DNA of 64,000 nucleotides from Nitrospirota bacterium (GTDB lineage Bacteria > Nitrospirota > Thermodesulfovibrionia > Thermodesulfovibrionales > Dissulfurispiraceae), in the NCBI GenBank assembly GCA_040754455.1, contig JBFMCP010000004.1, forward strand, positions 1 to 64,000, written 5' to 3'. Shown piece by piece: positions 18,910 through 26,714 of this stretch. Position 1 is the stretch's first letter; each line of letters begins with the position of its first letter. The translations under genes were made by a program, and so were the position numbers. The notes beneath the pieces were generated by a model. It had not been told where the DNA came from, made no database searches, and saw nothing but the letters and a program-made list of their open reading frames with translations.

Positions 18910-19700
18910 AGTGTAATAATCGCTAAGAAGATGATTTCTGAAACCTCGCTCAGGGCGCCGAGATTGTCTCCCGTGAGCCCGCCGAACCGCTGTTCGCAAA
19001 AACGCACTGCGAGAACGCTGAGGGCATAAAGTGCAGCAAAGAGGATCAGGAACAGGACAATGCTGTCAGGGCCGTACATTTTCAAAAGATGAAGCTCGGC
19101 GACCGCAATATAGCAAAGGGCGACCAGGAGCGATGAGAAGATTACCGTATTGCCTTTGACACCGTTCAGGAATATCCGGCCCAGACCGTTCTGGCGTGCG
19201 GAAGTCCCATGATACATCGCGGGAATCATGATCCATTTGGAAAAGACGGGCATGAGAAACAGCGCGGAATATGCGGTAAAGATCGATGCGGTAATAAGGA
19301 GGTTGTGTATAAAAAGATATTTCAGAAGTATGGTGATGAGAATTGCCACGACACCGATGGCACCGGTTGTGCTGTCTTTCATTACTGCAAGCCGCTTCTC
19401 TCTATCCAGTTCCCTATCTCCTCTCGACTTCACTGCCAGTGCATCAAAGGTATCCGCGAGACCGTCGATATGAAATCCTCCGTTGCTGAGCGTCAGCAAC
19501 AGGAGGAGAAGGCCGCCGGCAATCTCGGGCGAAAAGAGCTTGAGGAAGAGGGCTGCCGAAAGAGAGATTACCATTCCCTGAAAGGCGCCGACAGCAGGAA
19601 AGAAGGCTGCTGACTGGGCAATATCTCTCTCGGAGACCTCTCCCCGTACCTGTGTGGGGATGATCGTGAGAAACTGGAATGCAAGGAGTAATTGTTTCAT
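18888..19700 (-). CDS. cobS: adenosylcobinamide-GDP ribazoletransferase
   Basis: FQFLTIIP, HIDGLADTFD, MKDS..GAIG, GGLTGDNLGA. Confidence 0.94.
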   Translation of the reverse strand: MKQLLLAFQFLTIIPTQVRGEVSERDIAQSAAFFPAVGAFQGMVISLSAALFLKLFSPEIAGGLLLLLLTLSNGGFHIDGLADTFDALAVKSRGDRELDREKRLAVMKDSTTGAIGVVAILITILLKYLFIHNLLITASIFTAYSALFLMPVFSKWIMIPAMYHGTSARQNGLGRIFLNGVKGNTVIFSSLLVALCYIAVAELHLLKMYGPDSIVLFLILFAALYALSVLAVRFCEQRFGGLTGDNLGALSEVSEIIFLAIITLWLQHFI

Positions 19701-19753
19701 AGATTACAATTCAAAATTTAAAATCTATTTCTTTATTTTTGAATTTTCCTTTT

Positions 19754-20815
19754 TTAATTTTGAATTTCGTTTGATACTCCGGCCTCGCCGAATGTCGCCA
19801 TCTCTTTGTATATCTTCAGCCCCGCTTCGATCATGAGCATCGCGAGCGCTGCGCCGGTCCCCTCGCCAAGACGCAGATCGAGATCGAGAATAGGCCGTAA
19901 TCCCATCTTGTCGAGCATGATCCGGTGCCCCTTTTCAACTGAGGTGTGGGCGGCAAACATATATTCTGCGGTCTTCGGTTCAAGGGCATAGGCAATGAGT
20001 GCCCCAGCGGTCGAGATGAAGCCGTCAATAACAACGGGAATTCTATGTGCTGCTGCACCGAGCACCAGACCGGCGATGCCGCCGATCTCCGCGCCGCCGA
20101 CCTTCGAGAGGACATCGATGGCGTCGTTCGGGTCAGGCTGGTTCGCCTTTATTCCCGCCTCGATAACGGCGATCTTTCTGCTCAGCGACTCATCATTGAT
20201 GCCCGTACCTTTGCCCGTTACCTGTGCAACGGGAGTTCCGGTGAGCACCGCAGCGATGGCGCTTGAGGGGGTGGTGTTGCCGATACCCATCTCTCCGGTG
20301 CCGAAGAGCTTATACCCTTTCTTCGCATATCCCCCCGCAATCGTGATCCCCACTTCGAGACATTTGACCGCCTCTTCCCTTGTCATGGCAGGGCCTTTAG
20401 CGAAGTTTTTCGTGCCGTTGACTACCTTCATGGTTATCAGCCCCGGAAGCTCTTTGAACTCATGGTCGACGCCGATGTCCACCACCACGACTTCAGCACC
20501 GGCGTGGCGTGCCAGGACATTGATCCCTGCGCCGCCCCTGAGGAAATTCAGGACCATCTGCTGGGTCACCTCTTTGGGATATGCCGATACCCCCTCTGCA
20601 GTAATCCCGTGGTCTCCGGCGAAGGTGAAGACCACTTTTTTATCCAGAAGGGGATTCCTGTTCTCTGTTATGGCAACGAGCCTCCGGGCGAATTCTTCGA
20701 GCCGTCCCAGACTGCCGAGGGGCTTGGTGAGGTTGTCGAGGTATTTCTGTGCAGCAATGTAGAGCTGTTCATCAATGCTGCTGATGCTTTTTAAGGTGCT
20801 GCTGAGCAAGTCCAT
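19754..20815 (-). CDS. cobT: nicotinate-nucleotide:benzimidazole phosphoribosyltransferase
   Basis: [36 protein letters not shown]. Confidence 0.96.
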   Translation of the reverse strand: MDLLSSTLKSISSIDEQLYIAAQKYLDNLTKPLGSLGRLEEFARRLVAITENRNPLLDKKVVFTFAGDHGITAEGVSAYPKEVTQQMVLNFLRGGAGINVLARHAGAEVVVVDIGVDHEFKELPGLITMKVVNGTKNFAKGPAMTREEAVKCLEVGITIAGGYAKKGYKLFGTGEMGIGNTTPSSAIAAVLTGTPVAQVTGKGTGINDESLSRKIAVIEAGIKANQPDPNDAIDVLSKVGGAEIGGIAGLVLGAAAHRIPVVIDGFISTAGALIAYALEPKTAEYMFAAHTSVEKGHRIMLDKMGLRPILDLDLRLGEGTGAALAMLMIEAGLKIYKEMATFGEAGVSNEIQN

Positions 20816-20833
20816 TATCTATCCTCCGGAGGC

Positions 20834-21343
20834 TTATTTTATCTTCAGCGGAATTCCTGCGGTAACGAGGTACACCTCGTCAGCCAGTGCGGCGATCTTC
20901 TGGTTCAGCGCACCGGCGAGATCTCTGAACCTTCTCGAAAGCGCACTGTCGGGAACGATCCCCAGGCCGACCTCGTTCGAAACAATAAATATGTTCGACG
21001 TCCTGCATTCGTCGAGCGACGCCACAAACTCGTCCATTGTGCTATCGATGTCTTTTCCCTGTGCAAGGAGCAGATTCGAAAGCCAGAGCGTTAGACAATC
21101 GATCAGAATTGCCCCGTAGCCATGGTGGGCCCTTTTCAGCGATGCAGCGATCCGGAGCGGCTCTTCGAGGGTAGCCCATTCTCCCGACCGCTCTTTTTTG
21201 TGGCGCTCCACTTTTTCCCGCATCTCGTCATCAAGGGCCTGGGCTGTCGCAATGTAGAGCTTTTGTCCCTGGTGCCGTGATGCCCGTTCCAGGCAGAACC
21301 TGCTTTTCCCGCTCTTTGCGCCGCCGATGACGAAGGTGATCAT
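20834..21343 (-). CDS. cobU: adenosylcobinamide kinase / phosphate guanylyltransferase
   Basis: GGAKSGKS, YIATA, IDCLTLWLSN, VSNEVGLG; ATG 21343 after AGGAG. Confidence 0.95.
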   Translation of the reverse strand: MITFVIGGAKSGKSRFCLERASRHQGQKLYIATAQALDDEMREKVERHKKERSGEWATLEEPLRIAASLKRAHHGYGAILIDCLTLWLSNLLLAQGKDIDSTMDEFVASLDECRTSNIFIVSNEVGLGIVPDSALSRRFRDLAGALNQKIAALADEVYLVTAGIPLKIK

Positions 21344-21354
21344 GTCTTCTCCTG

Positions 21355-21395
21355 AAAAAAACAAAAATCCTCAGAGCAGTCACGCTCTGAGGATT
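21355..21395 (-). terminator. intrinsic terminator in the riboswitch expression platform
   Basis: On minus strand AATCCTCAGAGC-GTGACT-GCTCTGAGGATT followed by a T-rich run, immediately before the cobU RBS. Confidence 0.8.
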
Positions 21396-21524
21396 GCACC
21401 CTGGTTTGCTTCATCCTCGTTGTTGCCCACTTCCGCGAGAGGGCTCTCTATTAGCTCATAGCCCGTGGCTCATAGCGACGAAAATAAATCAGACTATCAG
21501 CAATGAGCTAAAAGCTGCAGTTTG

Positions 21525-21710
21525 CAGGCAGGTCTTCTGGCTCTCCCGATCTTTACCAGCCTTCCCATCCGAAAATGAACAGTGGCGTAGAATAGGTAAA
21601 GGGCTTACTCCTCAATGGTGTCCGGAGTCGGGATCACAGCGGCGGGACCGCTCCCGATTCGGCTACTGCTCCTCACGGGATTCCCTATTAAGCCTTTCGG
21701 CACCTGGTAT
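21525..21710 (-). promoter_or_regulatory. cobalamin riboswitch
   Basis: Minus strand reads AGGTGCC..AATAGGGAA..GCGGTCCCGCCGCTGT..GCCACTG..GGGAAGG..GAGCCAGAAGACCTGCC (B12 box), upstream of cobU. Confidence 0.95.
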
Positions 21711-21716
21711 AAAAAT

Positions 21717-21744
21717 ATTATCGGTACGGGGAGCGAAATGTCAA
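21717..21744 (-). promoter_or_regulatory. putative sigma70 promoter of the cob operon
   Basis: TTGACA-16 nt-GATAAT directly upstream of the riboswitch. Confidence 0.6.
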
Positions 21745-21775
21745 GGAAAGAGCACGGCGGAGAGGGGTGCGGCAG

Positions 21776-21982
21776 TTATCTCAATCTTTTTCCGCACTTC
21801 GGGCAGAAATCGATACGTATGACATCGGTGGTGCCGGTGGTAGGGCAGGTCAGCTCCAGCAGTTCGATCTTGAGCATCTCCCGGCACACCCAACAGGACA
21901 CTTTTTTCTCAAGGGGCTGTGTTGCCCGGAATTCCTTCCACAGCTCTTCAGACTCTATGTTGTTGACTTTTTTCTTTTCCAT
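21776..21982 (-). CDS. small Cys-rich (zinc-ribbon-like) hypothetical protein
   Basis: 68 aa, CWVC and CPKCG pairs, GAGGAG RBS. Confidence 0.6.
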   Translation of the reverse strand: MEKKKVNNIESEELWKEFRATQPLEKKVSCWVCREMLKIELLELTCPTTGTTDVIRIDFCPKCGKRLR

Positions 21983-22071
21983 ATATACTCCTCTAAACAG
22001 TAATATATTATATCGGCTGAAACGTAAAACGCTTTAATTGTTGTGTGGAACGGACAGGAAAGGGTGCGGCG

Positions 22072-22770
22072 ATGAACAGCAGACCAAAAATCTCCATTAT
22101 AATCCCGGTTGTTAATGAAACCTCCGGCATTAACCAGACCATCTCCCACCTTCTTTATCAAGTAACATCCGGGAGCGCCGTTGTCGAGATCATCGTCGTT
22201 GACGGCACTCCGGAAGGGTCAACGATAGCAGCGATACAACACGCTGCGATAGTAAAGCTTGTTTCCCGGAAAGGGAGAGGGATGCAGATGAACGCAGGGG
22301 CTTCTGTTGCATCGGGAGACCTCCTGCTCTTCCTCCATGCCGACACACGGCTGCCGGACAAGGCGTTGGAACTTATTGTGTCGGCGATGCAGGAGCGCAC
22401 TTATGTGGCCGGCGCCTTTGATCTGGGCATCGCCTCTGACCGGCTGGTCTTCAGGCTGATCGAGCGACTCGCCTCCCTGCGCTCTCGCTGTACCAGAATT
22501 CCCTATGGTGACCAGGCACTGTTCATCCGGAAAGGTTATTTCGAGCAGCTCGGCGGATTCCCGAATATCCCTTTGATGGAAGATGTTGAGCTTATGCGGC
22601 GCATCAAGAAAAGAAAGGACGCTATTTATATTATCCCGGCACGGGTGCTTACCTCTCCGCGCCGCTGGGAGCGGGAGGGTGTCATCCGCTGCACACTCAG
22701 AAACTGGTCATTGATACTGTTGTATCTTTTGGGAATTCACCCTGAAAAATTGGTAAAATTCTATAAATAG
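22072..22770 (+). CDS. GT2 glycosyltransferase, arsenosugar-biosynthesis-associated (TIGR04283-like)
   Basis: ISIIIPVVNE, GRGMQMNAGA, LFLHADT, PYGDQALF, PLMEDVE, TSPRRW. Confidence 0.88.
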   Translation: MNSRPKISIIIPVVNETSGINQTISHLLYQVTSGSAVVEIIVVDGTPEGSTIAAIQHAAIVKLVSRKGRGMQMNAGASVASGDLLLFLHADTRLPDKALELIVSAMQERTYVAGAFDLGIASDRLVFRLIERLASLRSRCTRIPYGDQALFIRKGYFEQLGGFPNIPLMEDVELMRRIKKRKDAIYIIPARVLTSPRRWEREGVIRCTLRNWSLILLYLLGIHPEKLVKFYK

Positions 22771-22792
22771 GATATGGATTGCGGAGGAGGAG

Positions 22793-24787
22793 ATGATAGC
22801 GGAGCAGGTGGTGTTCTGGAAGAAAGAGCAGCTCACAAAGAGGGGAATCGATATTGTTCAGATCAATATGGGGAACCGATGCAACCAGACATGTTCGCAC
22901 TGCCACATCGGCGCATCTCCCCAGGGAGATCTCAATATGGATCATGCAACGGCGAGGCGTATTCTCGATAAACTCCTGGCCTCTGGTATCAATCATATAG
23001 AGTTTACCGGCGGTACCCCCGAGCTCAATCCCCACTTTGCCATGTTTATCGAGGAGCTTTCACGGGCAGGCAGGCACCTCGCGGTGAGGACGAGTTTGAC
23101 GGTCCTCGATATACCTGAATACGCTTGTTTTGTAGACCTGTATAAAAAGCACAACGTGAAGGTCGTCGCATCACTTCCCGGAATTTTTGAGGACCAGATC
23201 GACCGGCAGCGGGGAAAAGGGGTCTTCGAAAAGACCTTGCGGGTGCTGAAGCGGCTGAATGATATCGGCTATGGGACCAGCGGGCTCTCCCTGGATTTTG
23301 TATACAACCCTACCGGAGACTGCCTGCCCATCGAACAAGTGCAGCTCGAAGGCGAATACAAAAAGCTCATGAGAGAGCTGTATGGTATTTCCTTTGATAA
23401 CCTTATCACCATCGTGAACTCGCCGATCAAGCGGTTCAGGCAGCATCTCATCCAGCAGGGGAGGCTTGAAGAGTATATGCGGCTGCTGGTGAACAACTTT
23501 AACCCTGCAACCCTCGATAAGCTCATGTGCAGGCATCTGATCTCGGTTGATTATCAGGGGTATGTCTATGATTGCGATTTCAACCTCGCCCTCGGCATAC
23601 GCATAAAAGGCTATGAGCATGCAAAGTTCTGGGAGATCGATTTTAGTGACTTCGCACCTGAGATTACCTGTGATGAGCACTGCTATGCCTGCACGGCAAA
23701 CAAGGGAAGCGGTTGTCACGGAGCCCTGATAAAGAATGAGGCTGACTTCGATGTGAGAGAGAGCGTCAGAAAATACTACGGCGAGGAACTGCAGTCTTCG
23801 GCAGACCTGAAGACAACGGCCTGTTGTACCCCTGACGCGCTTCCCAAGCACGTCAGGGAGGTGCTTCCCTACATCGCCGAGGAGATTAAAACGAAATACT
23901 ACGGCTGCGGCTCGCCGATTCCGCTGGTGCTCGACGGCCTCAAGGTCCTCGACCTCGGCTGCGGTACTGGCAGGGACAGCTATGTGCTCTCGAAACTCGT
24001 GGGCGAGAGGGGATTTGTTTACGGCATTGATATGACCGAGCAGCAGGTCGAGGTGGCCCGCCAGTACAAGGAGGTTCAGGCAGGGAGGTTCGGGTATCAA
24101 AGGCCGAATACGGAATTCATTCTCGATGATATCGAGCACGCAGGAGAGCATTTCGGCAGGGAAACGCTCGATCTGATCATTTCGAACTGCGTCATCAATC
24201 TCGTTGAAGACAAGGAGAAGGTGATCAGGCAGGTTTATGAGCTCCTGAAGTACGGCGGCGAATTCTATTTCTCCGATATCTATGCCGACCGGCGGCTTCC
24301 CGCACATATCAGAAAAGACCCGGTCCTCTATGGAGAGTGTCTCGGCGGTGCGCTCTACTACAAGGATTTCGAAAGGATAGCGCGGAAAGCGGGTTTCATT
24401 GATCCGCGTGTGGTTTCAAAGAGGACAATTGTGATTACCAACGATGAGATAAAGAAACTCACCGGAAGCGTAACCTTCTATTCAATTACCTACCGCCTCT
24501 GGAAACTGGAGGGCCTCGAAGACGCCTGCGAAGATTACGGGCATATCGCCATATACAAAGGAGGCGTTCCCGAATCGCCGTTTGCCTTCGAGCTCGACAG
24601 CGCGCATATTTTTGAAAGGAACCGGCCTGAGAGGGTCTGCGGCAATACGGCACTGATGCTTTCCCGGACGAGGCTCAAAAAGTATGTCGCAGTGCTGGGA
24701 GATTTCAGCGAGCATTTCGGTCTGTTTAAGAACCGCGGGGCCCCTGCATCGGATAAGAGAGACAGCTTATCCGACGGATGCTGCTGA
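22793..24787 (+). CDS. arsS/arsM: ArsS-like radical SAM protein fused to an ArsM/AS3MT-like arsenite methyltransferase
   Basis: CNQTCSHC, TGGTPELNP, YDCDFN, HCYACTA; then YYGEELQSSADLKTTACC, YYGCG, LDLGCGTGRD, ISNCVINL, GECLGGALY, C-terminal CC. Confidence 0.85.
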   Translation: MIAEQVVFWKKEQLTKRGIDIVQINMGNRCNQTCSHCHIGASPQGDLNMDHATARRILDKLLASGINHIEFTGGTPELNPHFAMFIEELSRAGRHLAVRTSLTVLDIPEYACFVDLYKKHNVKVVASLPGIFEDQIDRQRGKGVFEKTLRVLKRLNDIGYGTSGLSLDFVYNPTGDCLPIEQVQLEGEYKKLMRELYGISFDNLITIVNSPIKRFRQHLIQQGRLEEYMRLLVNNFNPATLDKLMCRHLISVDYQGYVYDCDFNLALGIRIKGYEHAKFWEIDFSDFAPEITCDEHCYACTANKGSGCHGALIKNEADFDVRESVRKYYGEELQSSADLKTTACCTPDALPKHVREVLPYIAEEIKTKYYGCGSPIPLVLDGLKVLDLGCGTGRDSYVLSKLVGERGFVYGIDMTEQQVEVARQYKEVQAGRFGYQRPNTEFILDDIEHAGEHFGRETLDLIISNCVINLVEDKEKVIRQVYELLKYGGEFYFSDIYADRRLPAHIRKDPVLYGECLGGALYYKDFERIARKAGFIDPRVVSKRTIVITNDEIKKLTGSVTFYSITYRLWKLEGLEDACEDYGHIAIYKGGVPESPFAFELDSAHIFERNRPERVCGNTALMLSRTRLKKYVAVLGDFSEHFGLFKNRGAPASDKRDSLSDGCC

Positions 24788-24811
24788 TGCGTTTTGAAAT
24801 TCAGAAGGGTG

Positions 24812-24966
24812 GACACAGGCAGGAAGGGGTACGGCAAGGAGCTTTCTCATGTACATTTATTATAATAGATATGCCATTAAAAACAGCTGGTATCAGAGTT
24901 TGTTCCCTTTGTGGAAGCTAAGAAAGCGCTATAAAGCTCCTTGCCGTACCCCTTCCTGCCTGTGTC
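24812..24966. repeat. 155-bp element with perfect 34-bp terminal inverted repeats
   Basis: GACACAGGCAGGAAGGGGTACGGCAAGGAGCTTT (24812-24845) and its exact reverse complement (24933-24966). Confidence 0.9.
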
Positions 24967-24994
24967 ATATTAGGTGCATCGTGTAAGATCAGAT

Positions 24995-25678
24995 ATGTCG
25001 ACGCGATGCGTTCTCATGTTCATAAAGGCTCCTGAAAAGGGGACAGTAAAATCCCGCCTGGCCAAAGACCTCGGCGACGAGGCTGCTCTTGAGCTCTATC
25101 GATGCTTTGTTGTGGATATGATCAATACGCTACGCGCATCACTACATCCTTTCATGTGCTGTTTTTATCCGCCTGACGCTCTGGAAAAGATAGTAGCCTG
25201 GCTGGGAAGAGGATATTCGTATCTTCCTCAAAGGGGCAATGACTTGGGAGAGCGGATGAGAAATGCTTTTATAGATATCTTTAACGAAGGAGTGACAGAA
25301 GTGGTGATCATCGGCAGCGACAGTCCTGATTTGCCAGCGGAGATCATCGATGAGGCTTTCCGTTCGCTGCACCATCATGATGTCGTGATAGGCCCTGCCT
25401 TCGATGGCGGATATTATCTCATCGGCTTTAAGCGGGATGCATTTCTCCCCGAACTGTTCGAGGCGATACCCTGGAGCACCGGGGCCGTCTTTGAGCAGAC
25501 GGTAGATATTTTGCGTAAAAAGCGATATAAGATGTATATACTGCCTGAATGGGGGGATGTGGACTGTCGTGATGACCTCATGGCCCTGTTCAGGCGGAAC
25601 AGGAACACACCGTTTGCTTCATCAGGAACAATGTCATACCTCTTTGCCCATAAGGAAGTTACCGGGGGCCGCATTTGA
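24995..25678 (+). CDS. DUF2064 / TIGR04282-like arsenosugar-associated transferase
   Basis: KAPEKGTVKSRL, QRGNDLGERM, IGSDSPDL, GPAFDGGYYLIG, IPWST, DVD. Confidence 0.87.
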   Translation: MSTRCVLMFIKAPEKGTVKSRLAKDLGDEAALELYRCFVVDMINTLRASLHPFMCCFYPPDALEKIVAWLGRGYSYLPQRGNDLGERMRNAFIDIFNEGVTEVVIIGSDSPDLPAEIIDEAFRSLHHHDVVIGPAFDGGYYLIGFKRDAFLPELFEAIPWSTGAVFEQTVDILRKKRYKMYILPEWGDVDCRDDLMALFRRNRNTPFASSGTMSYLFAHKEVTGGRI

Positions 25679-25778
25679 TTACGGGTTCATCAAGCCGCCC
25701 GCAAAGCTCTGCTCTATCGACAAACCGCAGAGCAAACCCCTGCTTAAGTTGCTCAAGAGGATACTCTCCTGAAGGACA

Positions 25779-26474
25779 ATGAAAGCTCATAAGGGAAAGC
25801 TCATTCTGATCGCCTTTCTCATCGGTGCGGCCCTGCTCTTCCGGGCCCTGGGCATCGATGAGTATGTAACCTTTGAGCGTCTCAAGGAGCACAAAGAGAC
25901 GCTTGGGCGGTTCGTACAGGACCGGTATCTCGTCTCGGTCGTAGGATATATCTTCATCTACATTGTTTTTATCGGGCTCTCGCTCCCCGGAGGCGCAGTC
26001 CTGACCGTTGCCGGCGGGTTCCTCTTCGGGACAGTCCTGGGGATGGTCTATGTCAACATTGCCGCAACGGCAGGGGCCTGCATTGCCTTTCTGCTTTCGC
26101 GCCACCTGATCGGCAGCTGGGTGCAGCAGAAATACCGGCGCAGGATAGAAAAGTTTAATGAAGAGTTTGCCAGAAACGGCCATAGGTACCTGCTTGTATT
26201 GCGCCTGATACCGGTCTTCCCGTTCTTTCTGGTGAATCTCTTTGCCGGCATTACGACAGTGCCGTTCAGGACCTTTCTGTGGACGACATCACTCGGCATT
26301 ATCCCGGGCTCGGCGATCTATGCCTTTGCAGGGGACCAGATCGAGAAAATCGATTCGGTTAACGATATCGTTACGATGAAAGTCATGGTGACCCTTCTTC
26401 TCCTCGCTTTCCTTGTTCTTGCACCCCTCGGCATAAACTACCTGAAGTGTTACATCACGAAAAAGTGCGGATAA
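25779..26474 (+). CDS. TVP38/TMEM64 (DedA superfamily) membrane protein
   Basis: LPGGAVLTVAGGFLFG, LRLIPVFPFFLVN, GIIPG. Confidence 0.9.
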   Translation: MKAHKGKLILIAFLIGAALLFRALGIDEYVTFERLKEHKETLGRFVQDRYLVSVVGYIFIYIVFIGLSLPGGAVLTVAGGFLFGTVLGMVYVNIAATAGACIAFLLSRHLIGSWVQQKYRRRIEKFNEEFARNGHRYLLVLRLIPVFPFFLVNLFAGITTVPFRTFLWTTSLGIIPGSAIYAFAGDQIEKIDSVNDIVTMKVMVTLLLLAFLVLAPLGINYLKCYITKKCG

Positions 26475-26714
26475 GCCCTCTCCCGGCCATCTAAATTTAC
26501 AAGCAATTTACATTGCGGAGAGATATTATTTAAATAGGAAGCGGCTTCCGGAAGGTGATTGCCGGCCGACCGACTCCTATGATCTGTATCATACTTTTGC
26601 CCTGCACAATTAAGGTAATTTACATAATCTCGAACGCTGTGCAGTAATCGCACCCATAAAGGGTTGCCGAATAGAGATGCTGCCGTTTCGTAGCACGAGA
26701 GAAGGAGGCGTACG

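Noticed and set aside
24779..24865. Selenocysteine read-through of the ArsS-ArsM TGA (TGC TGC TGA TGC)
   Set aside because: A terminal Cys-Cys is normal for ArsM-like proteins, the read-through runs into the repeat element, and I see no SECIS-like hairpin directly after the TGA
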